Shown: positions 18,211 through 27,716 of the stretch, in pieces
Layout: every line of letters begins with the position of its first letter
Position numbering within the stretch: position 1 is the first letter of the stretch
Assembly: GCA_003567625.1 (NCBI GenBank)
Contig: PWZB01000070.1
Coordinates: forward strand, 1-60,138
DNA from: Bacteroidales bacterium
Lineage (GTDB): Bacteria > Bacteroidota > Bacteroidia > Bacteroidales > UBA7960
Direction of reading: 5' to 3'
Length of the DNA stretch: 60,138 bases
The notes under the pieces: model-generated
Told to the model about the DNA's origin: nothing
What the model saw: the letters and a program-made list of their open reading frames with translations, nothing else
The model's database searches: none
Position numbers and translations under genes: made by a program

Positions 18211-19461
18211 ATGACTGAAAAAAAAATCAATCATCCCCATTTGATCATAACTATTCCTGCAATGGATGAATTAGGTTATATTGAAAACTGCATTGATTCG
18301 ATCAGAAAGCAGACATATAAAAACTTCACTGTACTTGTATGCGTCAACCAGCCTGAACATTGGTGGTCTGATCCGGATAAAAAAGATATTTGCGAAAACA
18401 ACAGTAAAACCATTGCTTTTCTTGAAAACCTGGAATATCCGCCGATAGAAATACTTGACAGAAGCTCACCGGGTCGCGGTTTTTCGCAACACGAAAAAGG
18501 TGTGGGTCATGCGCGCAATCTGTTATTTGAAAAGGCACTCACCATATCAAATGACAATGATTTGATAATGTGTCTTGATGCCGACACTACCTTTAAACCC
18601 GGCTATTTTCAGTCGGTAGCGGATATTTTTTTAAAAACGCCCGATGCTATAGCACATGCAAATCCTTATTATCACAAGCTAACAGGAGATAAAGCTGTTG
18701 ACAAGGCGATTTTACGTTATGAGATTTATATGCGCTTATATGTGCTGAATTTGTGGCGGATAGGCAGTCCTTATGCATTCACGCCTTTAGGATCGTCTAT
18801 ATCAATGTATGCAAAAACCTTAAAAAGTATAGGTAAAATTACACCCAGGCCGGCAGGTGAAGACTTTTATCTTTTACAAAAATTGCGGAAATATGGGCGC
18901 ATTAATCAATATAATGAACATTATGTTTATCCCTCTCCAAGAATTTCAAGGCGCGTACCTTTTGGTACAGGCCCGGCTGTTGCAGATGGTATTGAAAACA
19001 GATGGGAGAGTTATCCTCTATACCCGGCTAAACCATTTGATATGATCAAAGAAACATATGATCTTTTCCCGGAACTCTTCAATGAGGACCTGAATACCCC
19101 TATGGACAACTTTTTAAAAAAAATATTCGGCACAAGTAAAATATTTCAGCAATTACGTTCAAATTATAAGACTGTTGATAAATTTATCAGGGCTTGTCAT
19201 ACCAAAATTGACGGATTAAGAATTTTACAGTTTGTCAGATATTATCACCGATTTCGTAATATGCCGGATGAGGATAATTTACGAAAGCACCTGGAAATAA
19301 TTTTCGATAAAAAGGAGATTATTAAGACAAAATATTTCTTTTCTGCTTTTAAATTTGAAAATATTTCCATATCTTTACTTCAAAATTTACGCGATATACT
19401 TACCGATAAGGAGTTATATTATCGAAAAAGAGATTTTTATGAACCAAAGTTGCCCTTTTGA
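18211..19461 (+). CDS. Glycosyltransferase family 2
   Basis: It has a GT-A N-terminus (IITIPAMDE...SIRKQTYKNFTVLVCVNQ) and a DAD motif (CLDADT). The ATG at 18211 is preferred over the GTG at 18097. Confidence 0.75.
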   Translation: MTEKKINHPHLIITIPAMDELGYIENCIDSIRKQTYKNFTVLVCVNQPEHWWSDPDKKDICENNSKTIAFLENLEYPPIEILDRSSPGRGFSQHEKGVGHARNLLFEKALTISNDNDLIMCLDADTTFKPGYFQSVADIFLKTPDAIAHANPYYHKLTGDKAVDKAILRYEIYMRLYVLNLWRIGSPYAFTPLGSSISMYAKTLKSIGKITPRPAGEDFYLLQKLRKYGRINQYNEHYVYPSPRISRRVPFGTGPAVADGIENRWESYPLYPAKPFDMIKETYDLFPELFNEDLNTPMDNFLKKIFGTSKIFQQLRSNYKTVDKFIRACHTKIDGLRILQFVRYYHRFRNMPDEDNLRKHLEIIFDKKEIIKTKYFFSAFKFENISISLLQNLRDILTDKELYYRKRDFYEPKLPF

Positions 19462-20389
19462 TCTGATTGTAATCACAGGTCCGACCGCCACAGGTAAGAC
19501 CCGGTTGACAGCTCTGCTTGCAGACTATTATGACGGTGAAATTATCAGTGCCGATTCCCGCCAGGTTTATAGGGAAATGAATATCGGATCAGGCAAGGAT
19601 ATTGAAGAATATATAGTAAATGGGAAAAAAATTCCTTACCATTTGATAGATATCAGGGATGTTGGTTATGAATATAATGTCTTCGAATTTCAAAATGATT
19701 TTCTTGATGCTTATGAGATTATAAATAAAAAGAATAAGCAGGCTATGTTGGTTGGTGGAACGGGTTTTTACATTGAATCGGCTTTATGCGGTAACAGAAT
19801 CATTGAAGTTCCAAAAAATCAAAAACTGAGAAAAGAAGTCGAAAATCTATCCTACCCGGAGCTGATAAATATGTTGGATTCTTTGACAAGCCTGCATAAT
19901 ACAACGGATACTTCAGATTATGAACGGCTGGTACGCGCAATAGAAATAGAAAAGCATAAAGCTGAATACAAAGAGCTTATCGGAAATTTTCCGGAATTCA
20001 CCTATATTATTTTTGCAATACACTTTGAACGCCAAATACTGCGGAAAAGAATTACGCAAAGACTCAATAAACGGCTTGAAGAAGGAATGATCAAAGAAGT
20101 TGAGGACTTGCTCCAATCAGGAATAAAACCCGGGCAACTGAAATATTACGGGCTTGAGTACAGGTTCTTGACCGAGTATCTTACAGGAGAAATAAATTAC
20201 GAAAAAATGGTAAGCATGCTGAAAACGGTCATCCACCAATTTGCTAAACGGCAAATGACCTGGTTCAGGCGTATGGAAAAGCAAGGTTACAAAATACACT
20301 GGATTGACGGGACAAAAAGTGAAAGAGAAAAAATAGACGAAATCATTAATACTATTGGTAAAACAAAAATTAAACAAAAAACAAAATAA
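19439..20389 (+). CDS. miaA: tRNA dimethylallyltransferase
   Basis: It has the P-loop ITGPTATGKT, then SADSRQVYREMNIGSGK and VGGTGFY. The ATG at 19439 overlaps the upstream GT2 gene by 23 nt. Confidence 0.9.
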   Translation: MNQSCPFDLIVITGPTATGKTRLTALLADYYDGEIISADSRQVYREMNIGSGKDIEEYIVNGKKIPYHLIDIRDVGYEYNVFEFQNDFLDAYEIINKKNKQAMLVGGTGFYIESALCGNRIIEVPKNQKLRKEVENLSYPELINMLDSLTSLHNTTDTSDYERLVRAIEIEKHKAEYKELIGNFPEFTYIIFAIHFERQILRKRITQRLNKRLEEGMIKEVEDLLQSGIKPGQLKYYGLEYRFLTEYLTGEINYEKMVSMLKTVIHQFAKRQMTWFRRMEKQGYKIHWIDGTKSEREKIDEIINTIGKTKIKQKTK

Positions 20390-20410
20390 TAATTTTTAAA
20401 ATATAATTAA

Positions 20411-20662
20411 ATGGAACAGGATATACAAAAAACTCCCGTAATTAGTATAGGAGATTGGATGATAACAATCTTTATATTAATGATCCCCCTTATCAATATT
20501 ATTTTATTGTTTATATGGGCATTCAGCAACAGCACCAACCCCAATAAATCCACGTTTGCAAAAGCATATTTGATCTGGATTGCGATTATTATTGCGATAA
20601 CAATAATAATTTCTGTTTTACTTATTAGTGCCGGTGTGTTTGGATTTTTATATGATTTTTAA
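20411..20662 (+). CDS. Small 2-TM membrane protein
   Basis: 83 aa with two hydrophobic helices. It sits 21 nt after miaA. Confidence 0.45.
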   Translation: MEQDIQKTPVISIGDWMITIFILMIPLINIILLFIWAFSNSTNPNKSTFAKAYLIWIAIIIAITIIISVLLISAGVFGFLYDF

Positions 20663-20729
20663 AATTAATCGGCTATTATTAATATATCTTTATTATTCAT
20701 CGTCTTAGTAAATGTACAGGCATGATTAA

Positions 20730-21686
20730 CTAAAAACTATATGAAAATCCTAAACCGAATGTTTGTTTGAATTGCCATTGTTCCTCACCGGTTATAATCT
20801 CTTCACCTTCTATGGTTTCATAAACTGGAACTGTTATGTTGTGATCATAAATTACATAAAGCAACAAGTTTGCTGTAAAATATTCAGTAATTCTAATTTT
20901 GAGAGTCGACTCCCAGTTCAGAACGCTGTTCTTCCAACTATAAGTATCGGGGCTGAAATAAGTATTGAAAAGATCCAGCTTAGACCTGACTCTTATGTTT
21001 TCAGTAAATCTTTTATTGAAAGTAAGAGATATCATTGCTCCAAATTCTGTTTTCACATTTTTTGATGTGTCAACACCAAAAGCACCTTTATCAGCAAGTT
21101 CCTGGTCCAATACAAATGTGAATCTTCCTGTAGCCGGGGAAACAAAAACCGAAAGAAAATCCCACGGATTGTAATCTAAACCCAATGAAGTAATCAAAAA
21201 TCCCGGTGCCATAAACCTTGAAACCACAACACTGTCATTAGGATAATGATAACCTGGGGTAAATTGTGATTTGTAGTTGATCATGGCAGAAGAATTCAGC
21301 TTTTCTGCTATTTTCCTGCCAAACTTAGATGTAAAATCTATCATATCTTCATTTTTCCTTAATGACTGACCTTCTGTTTTATACAAGCCATGTCTCAAGT
21401 CAAGAGTGTTTTTAAATGAAATATTATCTTTTTCATAGTTGGCTTCTAATCCCGCAATTGATGCTGATGAAAAAGAATTTTCCCCGCCTGCAGCCCAATT
21501 GGTGAAACTTACCTGGTTTAAGATCTGGGAAAATTCACCTGAAAAAATCCAGTTTTCAGGTTCATCGGGTTCTTCTTGTACTTCGCTCTCAGGCTCTTGC
21601 CCTATTTTTAGCCCTCCGGCATATAAACCATTATTGAGAAACGCCGGAAAACAAATCATTAATAATATGCATGTGATACTTTTCAT
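20730..21686 (-). CDS. DUF3078-like outer-membrane beta-barrel protein
   Basis: It has a signal peptide, the motif SFTNWAAGGENSF and a C-terminal aromatic residue (FSYSF). Confidence 0.6.
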   Translation of the reverse strand: MKSITCILLMICFPAFLNNGLYAGGLKIGQEPESEVQEEPDEPENWIFSGEFSQILNQVSFTNWAAGGENSFSSASIAGLEANYEKDNISFKNTLDLRHGLYKTEGQSLRKNEDMIDFTSKFGRKIAEKLNSSAMINYKSQFTPGYHYPNDSVVVSRFMAPGFLITSLGLDYNPWDFLSVFVSPATGRFTFVLDQELADKGAFGVDTSKNVKTEFGAMISLTFNKRFTENIRVRSKLDLFNTYFSPDTYSWKNSVLNWESTLKIRITEYFTANLLLYVIYDHNITVPVYETIEGEEIITGEEQWQFKQTFGLGFSYSF

Positions 21687-21870
21687 CTGTATAAATGTAT
21701 TTAAAGTTCTGACATTTTCGAATAACGAATTATTTAAGAATCTATGAATTTACGAATATTTATTGTGTCGAATAACGAATAATATACGAATTTGCGAATT
21801 ACGAATTGGATTAGAATTTACTAATTATCAAATCAACAAATCAACAAATCAACGGTCACAACTCACCTCA
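21687..21870. repeat. Copy 1 of the dispersed modular intergenic element (16-mer + TACGAAT-type heptamers + AATCAACA octamers)
   Basis: AAATGTATTTAAAGTT lies at 21693-21708 next to the start codon. CGAATAACGAAT occurs twice, followed by GCGAATT ACGAATT GGATTAG AATTTAC, then AATTATCA (AATCAACA)x2 AATCAACG GTCACAAC. Confidence 0.8.
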
Positions 21871-22003
21871 TGACTTGTGAACATTTAGTTAATGAGGGTT
21901 TAATTATCATATTTTTTGCTCAATGTAAAAATAAATTTTCAATGCCCGGTATATAAGTAAAAAAAATAATTTTGCAACTTATAATAATCAAACTTACTAA
22001 ATA

Positions 22004-22792
22004 ATGGACAAAAGAGTTATAGTTATTACGGGCGGCAGTTCAGGTATTGGCCTGCAGACGGTCAGGCAGCTTGCCGCGGAAGAGAATAATCATATTATAT
22101 CGTTTTCCCGAAGTGAAGAGAAGATGCGAAAGGCATTAAAAGAGATCGGAGAAAAAGATAATATTAACTATTTCGGAGGCGATATAACAAAAAAGGATGA
22201 TTGTCAAAAATTTGCGCAATATGTTGAAGCAAATTATGGTAAGCTTCATGGGCTGGTAAATAATGCCGGTATTATTACCAATGGTGGCATTGAAATGATA
22301 GATTATGAAACATGGAAGTATAATCTTGAAGTTAATTTAAATGGTGTATATCTTTTTACTCGATGCGTGTTGCCATTATTAAGAAAAGCACAGGGTGCAT
22401 CTGTTGTCAATGTGTCGTCGGTAGCTTCATTTAAGCCCGGCAGAAGCATAGCCTATTCTGTTAGCAAAGCAGGACTAGATATGCTTACGGAATTTTTGGC
22501 AGGCGACCTGGCACCTTATAAAATCCGCGTTAATTCGGTTAACCCGGGTCTTGTAGTAACTCCCTTACACCTTGACAACAAGATATTTGACAAGAAAGCC
22601 GAATATGAGGAAATGTTAAACAAATCTGCAGAAAAATATCCGCTCAGACGTATAGGTAAACCGGGGGATATTGCCAACCTTATTGAGTTTCTGCTGTCTG
22701 ATAAAGCTTCATGGATAACCGGAAGCATTATGAAGATTGACGGAGGTGTAACGATTAGCAACGATCTTATACCGCCTAAGGAGAATAATTAA
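22004..22792 (+). CDS. SDR-family oxidoreductase
   Basis: It carries TGGSSGIG, NNAG and the YSVSK catalytic motif. Confidence 0.88.
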   Translation: MDKRVIVITGGSSGIGLQTVRQLAAEENNHIISFSRSEEKMRKALKEIGEKDNINYFGGDITKKDDCQKFAQYVEANYGKLHGLVNNAGIITNGGIEMIDYETWKYNLEVNLNGVYLFTRCVLPLLRKAQGASVVNVSSVASFKPGRSIAYSVSKAGLDMLTEFLAGDLAPYKIRVNSVNPGLVVTPLHLDNKIFDKKAEYEEMLNKSAEKYPLRRIGKPGDIANLIEFLLSDKASWITGSIMKIDGGVTISNDLIPPKENN

Positions 22793-22843
22793 TTTGATTA
22801 CAAAGGCGAATAAAATCAATCAGCCATAAAGTAATCCACTGTT

Positions 22844-24271
22844 TTAACCAAAAAACTCATCCGAAAAATTGATAAGGTATAGGTTCTTTGTTGACCTTGT
22901 AACGGCAGTATATAGCCACTTGTAGTACTCTTTGCCGGGCGGGGTTGCGGGTGTCAAGCCCTGTTCTACAAACACATTTTCCCATTGACCGCCTTGAGAT
23001 TTATGGCAGGTTAAAGCATAAGCGAATTTAACCTGTAATGCGTTATAATATTTACTTCTTTTTATTTTAAGGTATCGTTTGCGTTTTTCAGGTATATCAC
23101 TGTAGTCTTTTTGTATTTCTTCGTATAACTTATTCAGGTCTTTGAACGATAATGAAGGTTTGTCAATGTAGAGCGAATCAATAATAAGTTTGAGTTCCAG
23201 TACCGGTTCATCGGGGTAATCGAGCAATCTTACAGATACATCTGCAAACCTGAATCCGTAGCATTCTTCATTTTTTATTACCCGCAAAACTTCCATCATG
23301 TCGCCATTGGCAATAAAACCTGCATCGGAACTTTCGGGCAGCCAGAAATAGTTATTCCTGGTTGCCATAAGATAATCACCGCTGCTCAACTCCTCTTCAA
23401 AAAAAAGCACCCTGTTTCTAATTTCCCGGTTATATAGGTTTGCTTTTTTGTTTGAACGGCATATAATTACTGATTTTTCTTTTTCATTGCTGCTGAAAGA
23501 GTTTACCACAGCCTCCTCCAGCTCCCATCCCTGAAGCCTTTTTACATCATCAAAGCCGGCAAGTTTGAATTTCGGAACAGATTTGCCGGTTTTGCCAAGC
23601 TTATTACGGATAATTGTGGCATTGTATAACACTCCCGATTCGAGGCTTTGCCTGACAACGTGGCTCAACTGTGCGGTAAAAAGCTTCAGGCTGTATTTTG
23701 TTTTTATATATTCTTCATCAAGCGCAGGGCTTTTATCCACAGAAACCGGGGGTAACTGTGCATTATCGCCTATCAAAAGCATTTTGCAGTTGCTTCCGCT
23801 GTAAACATATTCTATCAAGTCATCAAGAATATTTTTTTCTCCGAAAAGGCTTTGATCTTCATTATCAGTTTTTGTACTTATCATAGAAGCCTCGTCAATA
23901 ATAAACAAAGTGTTTCTGTGGCGGTTGTTCATCAATACTAAAGATACAAAACCTTCATTGCTGGCATGAAGGCGATATATTTTTTTGTGTATGGTAAAAG
24001 CCTTGTTGCCCGAGTATAACGATAACACTTTTGCAGCCCTTCCGGTAGGTGCAAGAAGAACAAAATCGAAATCAAGCATCGGCAATACCTTTACAAGGCT
24101 GCTAACCAGTGTTGTCTTTCCCGTACCGGCATACCCTTTTAAAAGAAACAAGGTTGAACCGGATTTATCAAAAATAAACCGGCATAACTTTTCAATAGCC
24201 TGCTCCTGGTCATTGGTCGGAGTATAGGGAAGCGCACTCTGAAAAGCAGTTATGGCACTCTCAATATTCAT
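22844..24271 (-). CDS. RecD/Dda-like SF1 DNA helicase (AAA_30 + UvrD_C_2 type)
   Basis: It has Walker A GYAGTGKTT, a DEASM box, LIGDNAQLPPV and the C-terminal ALTCHKSQG...LYTAVTRS. Confidence 0.8.
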   Translation of the reverse strand: MNIESAITAFQSALPYTPTNDQEQAIEKLCRFIFDKSGSTLFLLKGYAGTGKTTLVSSLVKVLPMLDFDFVLLAPTGRAAKVLSLYSGNKAFTIHKKIYRLHASNEGFVSLVLMNNRHRNTLFIIDEASMISTKTDNEDQSLFGEKNILDDLIEYVYSGSNCKMLLIGDNAQLPPVSVDKSPALDEEYIKTKYSLKLFTAQLSHVVRQSLESGVLYNATIIRNKLGKTGKSVPKFKLAGFDDVKRLQGWELEEAVVNSFSSNEKEKSVIICRSNKKANLYNREIRNRVLFFEEELSSGDYLMATRNNYFWLPESSDAGFIANGDMMEVLRVIKNEECYGFRFADVSVRLLDYPDEPVLELKLIIDSLYIDKPSLSFKDLNKLYEEIQKDYSDIPEKRKRYLKIKRSKYYNALQVKFAYALTCHKSQGGQWENVFVEQGLTPATPPGKEYYKWLYTAVTRSTKNLYLINFSDEFFG

Positions 24272-24386
24272 TTATAAAATATTCCTTTCGGGCAAATATA
24301 AAACAACTTGAGTTATTTTTCAGGCAATTTTTATGCGCTTTTCGCAAAAGCTTTTTCAGATTATGGTGTTATGAAGAAATACTATT

Positions 24387-24980
24387 TTATTTCCATGAAA
24401 TGAGAATTTCGGTCAGTTTATCACCACCGTTAATGGAAAGCGGTATAGTGATGATAATGTTTTTACAGCCGGCTATTTCGAGCGACTGTTCCATCCAACC
24501 GGCAAACCAATTTTCAAAGACAGGATCATGGTTAGACAGTTTGGTGATGTGAAGCTTAACATGTTTTTTTTTCTTTTCGGCAATGATTATCTCCGAATGT
24601 TCAAAACTTCTTTTGAATAAATGGATACCTTTTTTAATAACATAACCTGTTAAAACAAACTTTGAGAAAAATAACGATATTCTATTATATCTCATCCTGG
24701 CATTGAATCTGCCGCTTTGCCACGCACCTGTTTTATCATCCTTAAAAATAATGTGAGACATGATCTGTACCGGCACTATGACCGCTTCATCAGCCGGATA
24801 CCATCCTGTTGGAGAAATATAATTTATAAAAGTCTCTTTTGAGCTTATTGGAAGTGACTTTATCCATTCATTATAATAAGCGGGATGTTTCGATTTTATC
24901 AGTTTTAAGATGGCTATAGCTATTTCTCCCTTAACATTCACAATAATTTCTTTTAATTTTATAAGTGTATTAATGTGCAA
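24387..24980 (-). CDS. Hypothetical protein, 197 aa
   Basis: The ORF has a TTG start and no recognisable motif. Confidence 0.35.
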   Translation of the reverse strand: MHINTLIKLKEIIVNVKGEIAIAILKLIKSKHPAYYNEWIKSLPISSKETFINYISPTGWYPADEAVIVPVQIMSHIIFKDDKTGAWQSGRFNARMRYNRISLFFSKFVLTGYVIKKGIHLFKRSFEHSEIIIAEKKKKHVKLHITKLSNHDPVFENWFAGWMEQSLEIAGCKNIIITIPLSINGGDKLTEILISWK

Positions 24981-25318
24981 TAATATGAAAAATAAATGGG
25001 GAAAATTAAGTACAACTAAGAAAAATGTTTTTATATCTAAAAAAAAAGCTGAATAATCAAAAAAAATAAAATTGTGTTGTTATCAATAAATTATTTCGAA
25101 ATCATGGGCATAACGGCTAAAAACTCACTGGTAAAAGCTATTCCGCTGTTTTTTATGTGGTAAAAACATGTTGTTGAATTTTTTTTTGCTTGTTTTTTAT
25201 TAATGTTTTAAAAAAAATATTTATCAACAATACTTATAATGTTTATATTTTCTTTTATTTTTTTGGTATGTTTTTAAAAGAATTCAAATTAATTTAGCGG
25301 ATAAGAAAAATAACAAAT

Positions 25319-26443
25319 ATGTATCTCAACAATTTGAGTATTTTAAATTTTAAAAATTACAATGAAGCCGGTCTGTCATTTAGTCCGCGCATAAATTGTT
25401 TTACCGGTTATAACGGTAGTGGCAAGACCAATCTTTTGGATGCAATATATTATTTGTCATTTTGCAAGAGTTTTACCAACCCGGTTGACAGCCAGAATAT
25501 TTTGCACGATAAGGGTTTTTTTATAATCCAGGGCAATTATAAGCGCAATGGAATTGATGAAGAGATATATTGTTCAATGAAAAGGAGCCATCGTAAGGTA
25601 TTTAAGCGAAACAAAAAAGAATATCGTCGCTTGGCGGATCATGTGGGCCTTTATCCTCTTGTACTTATCACCCCCTCGGATAGTTCGCTGATACTGGGCG
25701 GCAGTGATGAAAGAAGAAAATTTACCGATGGCGTTTTAGCACAATATGATAAGGAGTATCTTGCAAATTTGATAGATTATAATAAAGCTCTTCAACAGCG
25801 CAACGCTTTGTTGAAAAGTTTTGCCGAAAAAAACTATTTTGATTCAGCATCCTTGGATATATGGAGTGAACAATTAATAAAACAAGGAACGGAAATACAC
25901 CGGGCAAGGAAGCATCTTTTCGGGGATTTTTTACCAATTTTCCAGGAATATTATAACTTTCTTACAAACAAGAACGAGGAGGTAAGCATTAATTATGACA
26001 GCCAGCTTAACGATGCAGGCATGGCACAATTATTAACCGGGTCATTGCAAAAAGACAGGATGCTGCAACATTCAACATCCGGTATTCATAAAGATGACCT
26101 TTTGTTTTACATTGATGGTATGCCCGCTAAAAAATTTGGCAGCCAGGGACAGCAAAAATCTTTTCTTATTGCCCTAAAACTCGCACAGTTCGAATTTACC
26201 AGGAAAGTGAAGGGCTATCAACCTATACTGATATTTGATGATATTTTTGACAAACTTGATGACTTGAGAGTTAAACAACTTATGAAGCTTGTAAGCGGTG
26301 AAAAATTCGGACAGATTTTTGTTACCGATACCAGTAGCGAAAGATTAAAAGATGTTTTTTCCAAAATTGGTGTCAAATCAGCTTTATATGAAATTGATAA
26401 TGGAAAAATAATAAGTGACGCGGGGATTACGGGTGACGAGTGA
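25319..26443 (+). CDS. recF: DNA replication and repair protein RecF
   Basis: The N-terminus reads NLSILNFKNY...GYNGSGKTNLLDAI, and the signature region GSQGQQKS and Walker B LIFDDIFDKLD are present. Confidence 0.92.
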   Translation: MYLNNLSILNFKNYNEAGLSFSPRINCFTGYNGSGKTNLLDAIYYLSFCKSFTNPVDSQNILHDKGFFIIQGNYKRNGIDEEIYCSMKRSHRKVFKRNKKEYRRLADHVGLYPLVLITPSDSSLILGGSDERRKFTDGVLAQYDKEYLANLIDYNKALQQRNALLKSFAEKNYFDSASLDIWSEQLIKQGTEIHRARKHLFGDFLPIFQEYYNFLTNKNEEVSINYDSQLNDAGMAQLLTGSLQKDRMLQHSTSGIHKDDLLFYIDGMPAKKFGSQGQQKSFLIALKLAQFEFTRKVKGYQPILIFDDIFDKLDDLRVKQLMKLVSGEKFGQIFVTDTSSERLKDVFSKIGVKSALYEIDNGKIISDAGITGDE

Positions 26444-26455
26444 CGGGTGGTGTGC
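26414..26455. repeat. Heptamer-phased GTGACG-type tract overlapping the recF 3' end
   Basis: AGTGACG CGGGGAT TACGGGT GACGAGT GACGGGT GGTGTGC. The recF stop codon (26441-26443) lies inside it. Confidence 0.7.
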
Positions 26456-26483
26456 CATTTCCCTTTATCAAAAATATAAATAC

Positions 26484-26774
26484 ATGAAACGATCTAATGA
26501 GCAAACTCTTGGTGAAATAATAAAGGATGTTTTAAAATCATACGGACTTGAAAAGAAGGTAACACAAGTGAGGGTTGCCTCCAGCTGGGATAAGGTTATG
26601 GGTCCATTCATTGCAGGTAAAACAATTAATATTACTTTAGAAAAAGATACACTGATAGTGAGATTAAATTCACCTGCACTTCGTAATGAACTCAATTATG
26701 AAAAAGAGAAAATTATAAATAAACTGAATAAAGAATGTGGAGCTGATGTAGTAAAAAAGATCGTTATCATGTAA
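26484..26774 (+). CDS. DUF721 domain protein (RecF-associated)
   Basis: 96 aa from the ATG at 26484 (MKRSNEQTLGEIIKDVL). It holds the conserved position after recF. Confidence 0.7.
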   Translation: MKRSNEQTLGEIIKDVLKSYGLEKKVTQVRVASSWDKVMGPFIAGKTINITLEKDTLIVRLNSPALRNELNYEKEKIINKLNKECGADVVKKIVIM

Positions 26775-27702
26775 TACTCAATACAGGCTTGCCCCTGTGA
26801 ATATCTTTTACTTCACATTCAATAATCTCTTTACAGGCCGGCAGTTCGTCAATTGTTTCCCCCAATTCAATTTGCACTTCTTCACCAAAAAGGTCTTCCA
26901 AAATAAGAATATATAGATGTTTTTCGTTTGAAAAAACCAGTTTATCTACTCTCTTTACCGGGAATTTGTATTTTTTGCCTGCCTGATAGTATGGATGAAG
27001 GGGTTCAAGGTAGTAATATCCTTCAGAACTAAGCCTTTCAACACGACAGGTAATTTTCTGCCCTTTTTTAAGACGGTAATTCAGGTAATACTTTTTCTGA
27101 AGCAAATGTTTGTTATGATTTTTGTCTTCAAGTATGAAATATCTTTTACTGTTTTCAGGATTGGTTCTTTCGTCAATTATTATGAATTCGCAGTAGTTTC
27201 CCGGCACAACTTGGTGTGTTATTGCTGAATCATCTGCTCTATGTAAAAAAAGTTTTCCTTTTTTTATTTTATTAACATGGCAATCTATTTCCTGTTTATT
27301 TACAATATGATTTCCTGGTGAAGTTTTTACATCCCAGTTATTTTCAAATATATCACTGACGACTATTATAAACTCTTTGGAATCAAAAAAGTTAAATCTT
27401 TCCTTGCTTTCCACAAATCGGAATGGATAGGTTTTGCCTTCGCTGTAGTGTGGATGTTCAGGTTCGATAAACATTTGCCCTTTGCAGTTGATTTTATCAA
27501 CCCGGCATAATACTTTTTCTCCCGGTTTCAGGCCATAATCCGAGTAATATTCGCCAGGTAAAAGTACTTTGAAACCAAGGGGGTCTTTAAGCACATAATA
27601 TTTTTCATCGTTATCAAGCTTGAATATTTTGAGTACTTTAAACCAATAATCTTTGTTGACGGTAAGCTTTGAATTGTTTATTTTGACAGTATTAATAACC
27701 AT
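26767..27702 (-). CDS. Hypothetical protein built from two homologous ~140-aa modules
   Basis: The internal repeat is YYSDYGLKPGEKVLCRVDKINCKGQMFIEPEHPHYSEGKTYPF versus YYLNYRLKKGQKITCRVERLSSEGYYYLEPLHPYYQAGKKYKF. Each module ends with EI-C-V--I--GK. Confidence 0.5.
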   Translation of the reverse strand: MVINTVKINNSKLTVNKDYWFKVLKIFKLDNDEKYYVLKDPLGFKVLLPGEYYSDYGLKPGEKVLCRVDKINCKGQMFIEPEHPHYSEGKTYPFRFVESKERFNFFDSKEFIIVVSDIFENNWDVKTSPGNHIVNKQEIDCHVNKIKKGKLFLHRADDSAITHQVVPGNYCEFIIIDERTNPENSKRYFILEDKNHNKHLLQKKYYLNYRLKKGQKITCRVERLSSEGYYYLEPLHPYYQAGKKYKFPVKRVDKLVFSNEKHLYILILEDLFGEEVQIELGETIDELPACKEIIECEVKDIHRGKPVLSIT

Positions 27703-27716
27703 GCCATGTGCAAGTG

